A stretch of 63,437 bases of DNA, filler included, from Phoronis australis (GCA_002633005.1; 6 parts of 6 records of this genome joined end to end with filler, not necessarily neighbours in it), one strand, 5' to 3'; positions 35,505 through 48,660 are shown, numbered from the whole stretch's first letter. Notes: a model not told the origin generated them from the letters alone. A program made the numbers and translations.

Positions 35505-37975
35505 CCCTTTATAATCCACATTCATTTGTAGAACTTGAAAAATGACGCCCGACATAGTCTGAACGTCAAGTACTAATTTTTACGAAAGATGGCGCCCTAT
35601 CCGTGTGTGCATATAGAATAAAATGTTACTTAAGTACAATCTGTAACATTCCTCTCTTTATACAGATTAGAACGTTATACATGTTCTACAGAACGTTAAC
35701 ACAAAAGGATACATTACGACTGGTATAATTGGTGCCTACACTGTAGTAGAATAATCCACACTTAGTCACAAGTCCATTAATCGATCAGGTTTCGAAATCG
35801 TACTCTGAGAGCGTCAAAGTACAGGGTTCGAATCAGATGTTGTAGAGGAATCAGTTCCAGTACTGTCTTTGATTAGTCGGCAGTTCCGTGGAAGGGCAAC
35901 CTGTTGCACTCAACTTGCTCTGTCTTGGCAAGGAAGGTTTGAAGGTCAGTCAGAGATTTTGATAGATTTATGCTGTTCATCACACCTGTGTTTCTGGTCG
36001 GAGTCTTTCTCTGCCAATAATACGGCCAAAGATGGGTGTCCCGGTGCATGGAATGCAACGTTTATGTGAATTGAATTTCATACCTGTTTCACTGACCCGG
36101 CATCGTCACTACTGTCACTGACGCGAACGCCAAATACAATTACATCGTTGCACCTATGAGATCTCAGAAACTCTCGTATATTTTGCGCTGGAGGGAGATC
36201 ATACTTCCATTTAAGATCAAACGGCAAACGCTTGAGCATGTGACGACCGGATGGCCAGTTAAAATCGGTATAATGTGAACTCTCAGGGTGCAGTATCATG
36301 TTTTAGTAACCACTTCAGGTGTGGATGACCGAGAATCATTTTGTTCCACTCAGTTTCGGTAAGGTATCATCCACAGTCAGTGTTTAGGAATGTGGTCGCT
36401 TTATCGCAACGTTCAGGTCCTTTGGGTCGAAACATCTTCTAACCTGACCATTAGACTTTTTAACGCGCAGTCGAAAGTTAACCCAGTCGAAGGATTTGTC
36501 CGACCCGGCTATAATTCCTTGGAACCACTAAGAAGGAAGCTTGGTTTTGAGCTTATCTTTGAGTCTTCCGTGACTCCGCGTGGTGGACGCACAATATTAG
36601 ATACAGTTGAACGGATAATGAGCTTGTGTTCACCTTGCATGCAGCCTACTGCGTCAAAGCAAGCGGGAAAGTCCTTTAAGACCAATTTACAGTTCAATGT
36701 TGTAGACATGCATCTAGAGTAGAACCGGTTTCTTATTGGAAGGGAGAGCAAGTATCATATAATGTGACGGGTCAATTTCGAATAATTAAGTACAAGTGCC
36801 CGGATGAGGAATGGTGGTTCCCCCATAGGCTTTGATAGTGGTGGTAGTCAGGCACAGCCTCAGCTGCGACTTGAATTTCGCATACACATTTACAGGCAAA
36901 ATGTTCCCCTCTGCACCACAGTCCATTTTACACGCAGCAATTTAGCTTTGCTTTTCCGAGGTTCCTTCACATTCGAGGTACAGTATGTCAAAATACAATG
37001 ACTGGGCAGACCGACTATTGTTCTCTGACTCCAAATCAGCCTCTTGAGGGCTCTTTCTATCAACTTCGATATGGTGCGCGTGTTAGCGTTTGAAGTTTTG
37101 CTGGCTCCAGACGGGATTGCAATATGCTTTTAGATGATGATGGTTTCGGCTTACCTGAACGATAACTGGCTTACCAGTAATTTTGCTTTCCACAACTGGC
37201 GCAGATAGAGTCAAATGCTGGGCACTTAGTCCTGTCCAGGACATGGGTCAGACTAAAGAAAGTGCACTGTGACATGTGTTTTGTTGACACAACATAAACT
37301 TTGGCAGTGGTACTACGAATATCATTTGTGTGTGCTTTCGCAGCTTTAACGGCACGCTTAAAGTCGAGGGTGCGATCAAGAGTCCGGTTACTCTGTTCAA
37401 AAAGTCTGTTTACGAATACTATTGACTTAGACTGTTAAAGCGTACTGTCATAGTTACGGTCACTGATAGCCAGGCGAATTAACAAATGAGTCGATAATTC
37501 CGTTGCCTTTTTGGAGCAATCGTAGTTAGTATCTTGTGATTCTGAAATTCTTTCTGGGTGCTACATACATGTACGGCTCAGAATTTGACCAGAAGGCTTC
37601 TAACTTTTTGCTATCAATCTCACTCGTGCTCCAGCGAGAAATGATTTCTCTGGCCTCTTTTCCAGCCCAGAAAATAAGTTATCACACTCTATTGGTCCCT
37701 GAGTTTGAATTTAGGGGACACAAGAAATAGAGCAGAAATTTTGAAAAATGTTGAAAGCCTGCTGGGCATCAGGTAAGCGCCAGTCCATTGACAGTGATGC
37801 AACACTTTTTGGTGGCGCCATTTTGATTATCGACTGAGGTTTCGAAAAAAACGTTTATACGGGTTACAAGTAGTAAGTCGAATAAAGTCAGCGACCTGAG
37901 GAGTTTGTGACGCTTAAAAGTTCAATTCAATTACTCTGGCACCATGTCTTGTTCTACATTCGTTGTAGAGCTCCC
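35505..37975 (-). mobile_element. Decayed Ty3/Gypsy LTR retrotransposon (gag-pro-RT remnant) in an LRP-like intron
   Basis: LTR end CA plus PBS TGGTGCCAGAGTAA (37931-37944); gag MAPP..MDW..LIFWAGKEAREI; knuckle KCPAFDSICASCGKQN; protease KMDCGAEGNILP; RT DWVN..KKSNGQVRRCFDPKDLNVAIKR and YTDFNWPSGRHMLKRLPF..NDVIVFG; PPT aaagagaggaa plus TGTTACA at 35648. Many stops and frameshifts. Confidence 0.88.
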
Positions 37976-38160
37976 TCTCTCCATCTCCCTCTCTCTCTCT
38001 CCCTGTCTCTCTCTCCCACCTCTCCCCTCTCTCTCCCTCCTCTCCACTCCCTCTCCCTCCATCTTTCTCTCTGTCCCCCCCTCTCTCTCTCTCTCTCTCT
38101 CTCGCTCGCTCGCTCTCTCTCTCTCTCTTCTTTCCTCTCCTTCCTTAGCCCTTTCCCTCC
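37972..38160. repeat. CT-rich microsatellite
   Basis: Seen directly in the sequence. Confidence 0.95.
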
Positions 38161-38538
38161 TGACTCACTGTCTTTATTTTTCAATCACTCCATAGACATT
38201 ATCGTCCTACCTATTTTACCCTAATTGCTTATTACCACACATAACCCTACCTACTGATGGTGTGTTAGTCGGTACGAAAAACACCCCCTACATTTTGCAA
38301 TTTGTTAGCCATTAAACAATCAACCCCCTGTTAATCATTAGCACAATCAATCATTAACACACATATCCCAATCTATTATCCCTTGTTATTTACTACCGTA
38401 CATACACTCACGCCAAATGCAAACTTGTTAGGCAATGCTATACATACCTCCCTACATATTGCATCCTTGTTACTCACTAGCTATCGTGTCCTCCATCATA
38501 TTGTACCCTTGTTAGTCATTGCCAAACATACCCCTTAC

Positions 38539-38667
38539 CTTTTGTACAGTTCTTAGCATCCTGCAATAGTCTGTGTCCCTCTAAGCACTGACATTTCACG
38601 TCCTTCTGTCCAACTGGCAAACAAATAAACTGACATCCCCCATTGTTCTTGTCACACTGCGTGGGAC
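38539..38667 (-). CDS. LRP-like protein exon (EGF-like domain)
   Basis: GPTQCDKNNGGCQFICLPVGQKDVKCQCLEGHRLLQDAKNC; phase 1-1. Confidence 0.92.
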
Positions 38668-39532
38668 CTGCAGATGAAGAGTCACAGTGAGCACGCGATA
38701 TCTTCACTCACTGCTGTTATCCATATTAGTAACAAATATAAAACCAGGATAAAGTATATAAGAAAAATAGGCTAACAAATAAAGTTGCATTAAATTGGTC
38801 GACCTAATAACTACTAACTGCTGACTGGGTTCACTTTTCAAATAGGATCCGTTCCATTTTCATGGTAAACCTGACAACAGCACGTAAATCGTCTTACTTG
38901 GAAGACGCACCTAATAGAACGAGGAAAGGTGTTGTCACTATAGCAACGTTATCAAAATTCATTTTAGCTGTTCAGATAGTTGTGTTATTTTATGCTGATC
39001 CAATCTCGTGATGTCATCGAGAGGTAACCAGGCATTTGTACTATTCTACATCAAAATGAATTTGTCAGAAATTTGCAAGAAAAAATCGTGATATAGGTAA
39101 TGCAAAGCCAAGGGAACATCTAGCAGTCTGGCTTCAGTGTTGCCAGGTGTAAAGCATGTTTTACAGAGATAGTCCAAAGACTGGCGTGTCACCAAAGTGT
39201 TTGAACTACGTCACACCCTTAAAAGATGAAAATTGCGTATAACTTGATAGACTTCCTAATTTCATTTTGGTTAATCCCTACTTTACTTTTAAGGTACAGG
39301 AAACCAGGTAAACACACTCCTTTGATGCATTTGTCGATTAATTAATATCGAAAGAATTCATTTCACATTGAATACAAATTAACATCCCGAATAGCACCTC
39401 AACATTAATCCTTTGGATTATTCACTCGTCACACACGTCTTAATGATTCAGAGTCTTTGGTTCACCATCTACCGAAGGTTAAGTGGATACCTCACGAACC
39501 AGAGCAGTTCAGTTATACATGTGATAAATTAC

Positions 39533-39648
39533 CTTTATATAACATGTCATCCTTGCACAATGTCAGGCCTTCAAGTTTGCCGAAGGTTGTCACATCATCA
39601 AGCTGACCCATGACAGACACGTTCATTTTGTTCACGTACATTATGTGG
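39533..39648 (-). CDS. LRP-like protein exon (end of first propeller)
   Basis: HIMYVNKMNVSVMGQLDDVTTFGKLEGLTLCKDDMLYK; boundaries ctttcag / GTAATT; phase 2-1 fits both neighbours. Confidence 0.75.
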
Positions 39649-40316
39649 CTGAAAGGAGTAACACACATCGGTGAGGACCAGTTACAAAGTCGAAAGCCTT
39701 TTACCCAAAATATGAAAACATGATCAACTGGTATCCATGGAGAACTTTTAAAGGGACTTTCCCTCCTAATCACCGTAAACAAAAGAAAGACCATTTACAA
39801 TGATCGCAAAATTCATGTGAGTACAAAACATGACTCTATGGAATGAGGGGGGAGGGTCGTTAACGCTAAGGGAGGAAGTGAGGGAGGATCAGGGCTTGCA
39901 GCTGGAGCACATTTTGCCCTCATTAGCATGGCAAAGTTAGAAGAAAAAAACAGTGTTTTACATATTATATCATAAAAATGGGACACATGTCGTGACTACC
40001 CCCATGCAATCGAACGAAATGCAGAAGTTTTACAGGTGAATTGTCATTGCTGCATGTTAAACTGCTTGCATTCACTCCTCCATTTAAACAACCAGACACA
40101 AGCGCATGTAAACACACACAGGCACACACATTTTGCGGATGACTCAACATGAAAACTGGCCATTTCCTCGACATGGACAATCAAATTTTATGTTTATCAA
40201 ATGTCATTGGCCGGTCAGCAAGGTCCATTGCTCCCCCCCTCGGTGCCATCCAGACGTCCGCTCAATAGAATATCCGTGAAGGTACTGTACTCCGGGCCTT
40301 GAGATGATAGACTTAC

Positions 40317-40488
40317 TTGTTCTCCTTGCTGATGTAATAAATCAACTCATTATCAACAGCAATCTGTTGACACATGTTAATTGTCTTGTTCAGTGACTTG
40401 AAGTCTGCAACAACGCTTCTTTTGGAGAGTGCCACATTGTACGACTCTATGCGGTGTGTTACAGAATCACACCAGTACAAAGTGTGTC
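40317..40488 (-). CDS. LRP-like protein exon (YWCD repeat); absent from the ORF track
   Basis: GHTLYWCDSVTHRIESYNVALSKRSVV...QIAVDNELIYYISKEN; boundaries ttttcag / GTAAGT; phase 1-2. Confidence 0.88.
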
Positions 40489-40607
40489 CTGAAAAGTGCG
40501 ACAGTGTATCATTTTGATATTGATCGGAACACAGCGCTGCACAACATTATTACCTAAGATGTACCATATTTCCAACAGACATCTATGAACAGTGAATTGC
40601 AGTAGTT

Positions 40608-41780
40608 ATTTTTATTATTTTTTGCTCTAGCATGATAACTACAAGTCACATTAAGCAATATACTATACATCGTTTAAATAACATTAGATCTTTGCTCAAC
40701 AAGTACCGTATTTCCTTCAGGATTTAATAAAGTTAATGAACAATTCGATATTAAGGTTTTTTAACAAACTTTTGACTAAATATGTGATTTTTTGCTAGCA
40801 TGATCAACAAAATAATATTACACTTTTCCGACTTAATGTTTCCCAAAAAACACTGCTATCTTGCCCACATGAAAATTTACATACGTTTGTTTTAACCAAT
40901 CAGCAAACAGGAGCCAGAAAACGGAGACAAGACGACATTCCCAAAACAGATGGAGAAAAGTTTCACTGTGTTCACCACAGAAAAAGCATAAATCACTTAT
41001 TTTTAGTTTAATTTTATGTAAATAATTATTAGTTGGCAATATTCTGTGAATTAAGCGGTATTGAAACCAACTCAATTTTGTATCTGTTGTTCAACTGAAG
41101 TGGAGTTTATTTACTTTTCTCCACCATGTATGAGTCACCGTTTATATCTATCTCAGATGACCACTTGTTTTTATACTTACAAGCTGTCTGAAGTGACTGT
41201 ACCAAGGTGTCATTAATATTTAACGATTGTGATTTATAATGTAAAATTTTATACATATTACTTGGAAAAATTTGTAAACATATATTGTGTTGTCTATTCT
41301 TAAGACCCCTGTACGCTGCAAAGGTTGCACTTCTTAATCCATAGAATTCTAGTATTGGAGGTTGAAAGTTATAACTATTACAGAGTTGTTCTTATGACAT
41401 AAAAGAACCTTCAGCACGATAGACTCCCCTTTCATACCAGGTGTTGTAGAAAATAGATTTTCTACCAACTTTAATCTCTGAATTATACCACAGGGGAGAA
41501 TAAATAATATTTTCATTTTTGTCACACATTGGAAACAGAAGCACAACATCGCTTAAAACTTCCTTCCAGAACAGATTGTCAGTGCCTTTAGCTATTTTTT
41601 AAGGAAAGTGTCTCCCATTTTAAAAAAGTTATCATATTTACAGCCTAAAACTGACTCTGCAAGGTCACGTATGGTATTTGAGGTGAATAGTTTACGAAGC
41701 CACGATATTTTCAAAGACTTAATAATAAAAACTAAAATGAACCATTTTAGACTACCATGATCCTCATTTTGTACATTTTC
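40608..41780 (-). mobile_element. 5'-truncated L1/Tx1-type LINE remnant (ORF2 C-terminus)
   Basis: GSLKMV..IKSLKISWLRKLF, then zf-RVT-like WFQYRLIHRILPTNNYLHKIK..CFFCGEHSETFLHLFWEC; A-rich tail at about 40608-40623. Confidence 0.85.
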
Positions 41781-42550
41781 ATTTCGGATAAACTTGCTCT
41801 AATTCTTGAATTACAATATTGATGCCAACAACTTTGGTGAGTTGAGTAAGGTGCAATACTTTGGTGTTTCCCCGAGGCCACCCAGAATAGCAAATTGACC
41901 TTTTGAAAACTAGGTCAATTGGGCATATATTTCTACATCCGCAAATAGGAAAGTTGAAGTCAGGATGTCGCAAATAAAATGCATAATGTCTGTGTCCATC
42001 TTGGTCACCATGCGATAACAAACCAGGGGATATACGTATCACAATTTTATCAGCCTGAAATTTTATGAATGTGATGCAAGTAATCTGAGCCAAAAATTCT
42101 ATAGCACAGGTCGGGTAATTTCCTGTGGCCAGGTGGCAAAAAGTCAACAATCGATCGTTCACTTGTCAACTTGGGTTGGACAGCCGAATGAGAAAACATC
42201 ACCACAGAGATACCTATTTAAAGGCGAAGGCAACCTTTTTCCATGTCATTTTGAGCTAAAATAAGGTTGGTTGGTTATCCTAGACATATTTTCCACTTAA
42301 TTACAGCTTTTCGTAATTTTATTACTCGTCCGCTACTCCGGAAGTGACATTTTAGGAGGCAAGCGTTTCCCGCCACTTGAATTTGCGTTGACTTTACCGT
42401 GCGAATCTGTTCTATTCTATTTTCGTTTGTGTTGTTTTTCAACAATTGTCGCCACCACTTTCCATCGGCGAGTATTCTGCGGCAAGACAGGTTAGTAGAG
42501 AGCTCAACTACGTTGGATTTAGGGATTGATTAGTGTGTTGTAAGCTGAAA

Positions 42551-42845
42551 ATGGCTGGAGTCGGTGACCCGTATCACAGTGACAGTAGTGTGTGACGGAG
42601 ACCTTGTTCACAGCAGTGGTGACGAGGATTTTTTCACGGACATTCAGCGGGTCGGTACATGTTGAGCCCGAGTATAACGAGGCAGAGTATGCACAGGCAC
42701 AGGCAGCTGTTGAGAGAAACGAGGCGGCTACTGAGGACAGACGTGGTGACATAACTTGGTGTAAATGCACTGTGTGCGTTGTTATGCCTACCTCGATGGA
42801 ATGTTTGTGCTGTTCAGAGTTCGACGAAGCCAAGCCACTACTGGA
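42551..42845 (+). pseudogene. KolX accessory protein N-terminus (P2X7-ballast-like Cys cluster), frameshifted
   Basis: YM(F)EPEY...RRGDITWCKCTVCVVMPTSMECLCCSE. Confidence 0.75.
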
Positions 42846-43617
42846 AATGGTTAAGTGGACCTCCGGTATACCACGGACAGAGGAACAACTGTCCCACTTG
42901 CCAGAGTGTCCCGCGACACACTCCCACTGGATGGTGACCTGAGCACCCAAACTGCTTACATTGTGTCGTGTGACTCCCTCGCCACACACCTGGCACCTTC
43001 TAAATAGGCAAGACCACAATGAACTTATCAAAGTTTGGCTCACCGATCTGTTCACAAAAAAGACTAACTGTCCTCTTCACTGGGTGTCGAACTGGGCATG
43101 TAATCACTCACACTACTCAATATCGCTGCAGGGCTGCTTAGAGGCTCTGAGCTGGAGAAAACAGCACAGGGCGAATCACTACTGGTTCCAGGAATTGCAC
43201 GCTCTGGGGTACGTTCGGAGGCACGGGTGACAGTAGATAAAGTGCCTTCACTGGCTCCAGTCAATGTACTGGCCACAGCTCGCGAGGCTTCTCGCTTCAA
43301 AAACGCACTTCTCGGGAGTGGCGACGGGGAACTGCCGGGAATCAACACAGACGGAATGGCATCCTTCTTCAGGCGTTGTTTCGCAGGGATCTTCATCAGT
43401 TCAGTGTACAAATCCCTTTCGTAACCGGAGGGCAGAAAGTGCTTGCCACACACACGGTAATTCTCCACTGCTTTGTACGTTGCGTGGACGGGTAACGCTG
43501 CGTTCTTCACACAAACGAGCCAAGTGTGTCATCCACCGGAAAGCGATGCAAAGGTACTTCCAAAGCGCGCGTGAGCCGATAATTAGTACATTCCGGTACG
43601 CAGCAACATTGTGACAT
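42840..43617 (-). pseudogene. Kolobok transposase N-terminus (THAP plus zinc finger), DDE core deleted
   Basis: MSQCCCVPECTN..LHRFP [frameshift] RVCGKHF..RLKKDAIPSV (THAP), then LFRRCQVCG..GAQVTIQWECVAGHSGKWDS. Confidence 0.82.
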
Positions 43618-44605
43618 GTTGACTGACTAGTGAATGACAGCAAACGACGACGGAACTTAACACAAATGAGGTAAAACAATGACTGACTCCTCAGCTCTCA
43701 CAGTCAGACTATATGAAAAGAAATTAGCGCGAAATGCTTGCTTCCTAAAACGTCACTTCCGCACTAGCGGACGAGTAATTAGTAAAATTACGAAAAGCTG
43801 TAATTAAGTGGAAAATATGTCTAGGATAACCAACCAACCTTATTTTTGCTCAAAATGACATGTAAAAAGGTTGCCTTCGCCTTTAATAACCACTCGTCTC
43901 TGACCTCTCGGAAAAAGTTTGCGACCTGATCTGTATGAACAAGTTTTGATCTGTTGTTGTTAAGATTTGAAAAACCTACGGGCAAGTCAAATGTGTGGAT
44001 TCAAAGCTTATCTAGCAAAGAATTCATTTACATGTAAAAGTATTTATTGATCATTTTTGTAATGACAGCTTTGTAGTTTCACATTGTCCTATAAGGGTTT
44101 CTGAAACAGTCATCAAAGTCGCATATTGTTTAATTGAGAAAAAACACTAACAAGCGGATAAATATTATAGAACGAGGCAACTGGGGTATACTCATCAACA
44201 CTATGGGTGACATTTCCATAAAAAATAACTGAAGTTTATGACGTAATATTTTGGTGTTAGTAATGCCTGACTCTGGATATTGATGTAGGTTCACAGCACA
44301 GGCATGCACGGTTATGTTCTAAGCTTTGTAAATTTAAGTCAACCACAACAATATTGCTCTTCTTGAGGACATATTTATATCGTTTCAAATTATTTCGAAG
44401 TTCTTCTGTTGGTGAAAAGAATGAACGATAATGAATGAGTAAAACTGATTGCAAACGCCGATATGCACCAGTGGTGAATAAGTTTATATTATTTATAGCA
44501 CGAGATATTCACTACATGACCAACACAAAGATCAGACACCTGCATAACCCCTCCGGAGACAAATTACAAGTACCGTTGTCATGGCTACTGTCCACGGTGA
44601 CTTAC

Positions 44606-44730
44606 CTATCTGATCGTATGTCATGGCTCTAGTTCCATTCAACTGTCCCTGCAGCACAACTCTGATGTTAGTTCCATCATAATTTGACACCTCGATCGTC
44701 TGCTTCAGGGGGTCACTCCAGTACAACAAC
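44606..44730 (-). CDS. LRP-like protein exon (YWSD repeat)
   Basis: RLLYWSDPLKQTIEVSNYDGTNIRVVLQGQLNGTRAMTYDQI; phase 2-1; donor GTAAGT. Confidence 0.9.
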
Positions 44731-45921
44731 CTGATAGATTGCAATTAATGAACCACCGATTTTACTGCTTTGGAACTGCTTCTGGCCAATCTTTATAAGC
44801 TTTTTGACAGCCAAGTAACATGAAATTGGTGTAACATCTCCCGTGCGGCATTTGCAATACTTTGCCAGCCAGTACTAAATGCATTATTTCACTTCAACTG
44901 AGGACAAGCTAAATTTTCTTTCTAATCTTTGCTCATAGGTTATGTCCAGATACTTGAGTTAAAGTCATAAAACAAATCACAGTTACGAGTTACCAGTACC
45001 ACAACGTTTTAAAAATGCTGTCACCCACGAAAGACCAAACCCAAATCTTAGGTCGACAGCCATGTGGCAAGCATCTACACAGGAGCGTCCAGCTCTCTTT
45101 TGTGAATAACTGGCCATCTCACAATCGACTGATTTATTGAAAATTTAACCGCCTTCATCGATAACCTCTGCCTGGATGCTACACAGCCACTCCCGGTCTT
45201 AACAGAAGTTTATCCTAGAGCAAAAAAATACTCCTGCACTTTACAACACATGGAATCTGTGACTTCTTATGGGACATGCAGTTTTGTTTTGCACACACAA
45301 ATAGAATGAGATGGAAGAAAAGAAGTACAAATAAAAAGATAAATATACTATTTCGGTCACTCCTGCACGTAATCAGTGCGACAGTTTTTAACTTAGCAGT
45401 TGTGTTTGCAGAATTTAAAAGGCTGACTGATCACACTCAGACAGACTACGTATTTCTCTGTCAGGTATGCAAAACAACCTTGTTGTTCAAGCAGTGAGAG
45501 ATCCAAGAACCCTCAAAACACCGAAGGCGCTTTCTCATCAACACGGAACCTCCCCTGTTTCCCACGGTTTCGGTGATTGGTAATTTTTTACTCTCAGTCA
45601 TCAGCAGCCACCATCTCCTCTTAAAGTAAATAGATTCCTGAAAAGTTACGCAACTCTCTAGTGACTGGATTTAAGATTAAAAATCTACTCCACAACAGCA
45701 GTCGTTAAATGTCGCAACATGCAACCCACGTGTTCAATCGAGAGTACAAATAAAAACGCCATCTGCTGTTTAGAGGTAACTTCGGAGTTAAGAGCGAAAG
45801 TCTGCAAGGAGAGGAGAGTTGCGGTGGAATTTCGATAGACCACTGCTTCAATAATGGGAAAGCTACAAATAAGTTTCCCATGGAGATTTATGGTTATGTA
45901 ACCGCAAAGTGAAGTTCATAC

Positions 45922-46093
45922 CTGTTCTGAGGATCAACAGCGATTCCTGTCGGCTGGCTTAGGTTCTGGGCAACAAAACTGTAATATGACGCTCCGCCTC
46001 GAATACTGGTCACGCCAAGTTTCTTTTCAGTCACATCAGTGAAAAACACAAGACGTGCATTTTCATCTACTGCAAGACCACCTATACTGTTCT
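45922..46093 (-). CDS. LRP-like protein exon (FFTD repeat)
   Basis: NSIGGLAVDENARLVFFTDVTEKKLGV...LSQPTGIAVDPQNR; phase 1-2. Confidence 0.9.
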
Positions 46094-46630
46094 CTGAAAA
46101 TTGTATATTCAGTATTATCAACAAAAATAACTTTGGATCTTAAAGATAAACTTACTTACGAAATCCAGAAATAGACTACGCATAAGCCACTCATACTAAA
46201 TGTATGTATACTTCACACCAACAGTAATAAAGTCAATTCAACGCAACTTCTTAGACCAGCTTTGTTGCAGAAACTGGTTTGATTTTGAGTATTCAAACAG
46301 CAAAGCCAGAGGAAATAGAGTTTTGAAATTATTGAATTTAATGCAAACTTTCCTCGAACTAATCACTAAAGGTAAACATGTTTCTCCGATCACATCAATT
46401 TCAAAAGGCCTATGGCATGTAAACGACACCCATGACTTACAACCTGTGGCCCGTAAAATTGTAAGCAATTTTGCGCATTAGGAATTCCCCCTAACCCAAA
46501 ATGAGTGAACGCACATCCAACGTTATTTCCCCTGGCATTGCACAATTTCAAATTCAATAATTATATTCGATACGTAACACAAACTGAATAGACATTCTAT
46601 GTAAACCATAGACCTGGATTATTTACTTAC

Positions 46631-46870
46631 TGAAATCCAACGACACGGCATAGCCATAGCCGGAAGAGCTGTTCCTTATGACTGACATTTTTTTAATATT
46701 CATGTTACGGTTATCCACCCAGTAAATATACTGAGACTTAGTATCACAAGCCAGATAAGAAGGACCGTATTGATTATTGGCATAAGCCAGATGAACCACG
46801 GCCTTCGACGTGTTGGAAAGGTCCACCTGCCAGATGGCTCTCTTGAAAGAGTCCGACACAAAGGCATAAT
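46631..46870 (-). CDS. LRP-like protein exon (start of first beta-propeller)
   Basis: DYAFVSDSFKRAIWQVDL...PSYLACDTKSQYIYWVDNRNMNIKKM; phase 1-1. The start/signal exon was not confidently located. Confidence 0.85.
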
Positions 46871-47041
46871 CTGGAATAGAACAAACAATAGTTAGCTCAT
46901 GGAACAAAATATAAATTGTGCCAACTTAGAAGTACAAGGTATGGGAACAATTCCATGGCCAAACCTCCAAATTTTGTCTTCAATCAGTGGCCCTCAGAAA
47001 CCTACATGTACATGTTACACGCACNTCAGAAACCTACATGT

Positions 47042-47042
<1 letters not shown>

Positions 47043-47079
<37 letters not shown>

Positions 47080-47118
47080 GCACACACGCACGCACGCACG
47101 CACGCACGCACGCATACA
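47043..47118. repeat. (CA)n/(CACG)n microsatellite
   Basis: Seen directly in the sequence. Confidence 0.95.
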
Positions 47119-47562
47119 CTAATCAACTGTAGCCTTATTAAGTTCCTTCCAAAGAACTGTTATGTGAAAGACCAAATTCAGTGCAAGTGACCTACATGTA
47201 CGTTCGCCAACAGCAGGCATTCTGTTGGTCTCTCGGAACTAAAGCTTATAGGCACATACTTTTTATGTCAGAAACACGTTTATAATGCTTTAGTTAATAC
47301 TTGTAAGACCAATATAATTCCTGGAATAGGTTGACAAAACCACCAGGACTCAACTACACCTTCAATGACTCTTGCAAAGTCATCGATAGTAGACCGTAGG
47401 TTAGTTCTACTAGATTTCTATTATCACAAATAAAAGTATGATTTATACATAGACCATTCCTCTACCACACCATAATTTTGAAACCTGTTGTTTAACAGCA
47501 TATGATTACAACTTAAAAGGCTAAGGTAAAATTTCACAAATTTAGGACTCCAAATTGCCGAT

Positions 47563-47875
47563 AATTTTGATATTAAACGAAACTTCACTAAGTTGAAGTT
47601 TGACTGTAACTCTGCGTAGTAATATTAGCATAATACATGAGAGAGGGCACTGCGCATGACCGAACCATTCTTCAAAGTTGAATATGCATCATCAGACCAA
47701 ATCAGCGGTGCGAACACCTCTATACTGCACCCGAATTACATACCCCAACTGAAACATCTCACCAACATGGGAGAGAAACCTATGAAGCGGAAATGTAACC
47801 TCTGTTATGCTAATATTTCTACGCAGAATTACAATCAAACTTCAACTTAGTGAAGTTTCGTTTAATTTCAAAATT
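47563..47875. mobile_element. MITE with about 70-bp inverted repeats
   Basis: aattttgatattaaacgaaacttcactaagttgaagtttga...gcataa pairs with ttatgc...tcaaacttcaacttagtgaagtttcgtttaatttcaaaatt. Confidence 0.75.
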
Positions 47876-48660
47876 CCGCGTAGGAATACGCATAATGGGG
47901 TTCCATGAGACTTTAAAGCAACTGATGTTCATATTCAGGAGCAACAGTAAATGTTCCAAACCAATTATCATTTATTTCTGGCCACATCATTCAACAACAT
48001 AGTGGCAAACTCCACTATTTCTGAGGATGCACTCGGACTTTTTGACGTTTTCTCAGCTTGCTTTGCCTTCCCCCTGCCTTTACCCTTTAGCACAGCGTTA
48101 GCCATAACCAGCAATAACCCTAAGTAGGCTACACTGTATTTCACAGAGCGAATAAAACTATGTCTGTTCCCGTCAAATCAATATGCGTTGTCGGACCACA
48201 CCAATTAATCCAAACACATACATCTACATGTACATGTACAGTGTAATATGGGAAAAAAATCAAAAGCTAAATTGTCTCAGTGAATTAGAAAAAAACACAA
48301 GACGGTCAAAATTTTCAAGAATGTAATATGACTGTTCATTTCCATTCGAATTTGTAGGTCTAGAACGCGCGTCATAATAGCTTACATTGAACAATGGCTA
48401 ATTTGCTGATCCATTGTCAGTCGGAAAACCTGTGATTCTGTATAATTAGTGTGTCGTATATCTAAATAAGTGCTATCCCACACAGTCATTAACAAAGGTT
48501 GAATAAATGTTTCGAAAAATGGGAAATTTTGACTTGTTACACGTATCCTGTTCTCCAAATTTGGGAGTGGCCAATTCAGGCACTGTTCTGAACACAAAAA
48601 AACAAGCGGAGCAATCTGTGTAAACCCGCTTCTTTAAATAATCCTCATTGGGGTGCATAG

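Larger units (their letters stand above)
42222..43882. mobile_element. Kolobok DNA transposon, internally deleted
   Basis: TTAA target duplication (42218-42221 and 43883-43886), about 150-bp TIRs starting AGGCGAAGGCAACC, and convergent THAP-transposase (minus) and KolX (plus) remnants. Confidence 0.9.

Noticed and set aside
48083-48165. Hydrophobic YLGLLLVMANAVLK plus donor as the signal-peptide exon of the LRP-like gene
   Set aside because: The phase fits, but there is no in-frame ATG upstream of the hydrophobic stretch before a stop; left unassigned.
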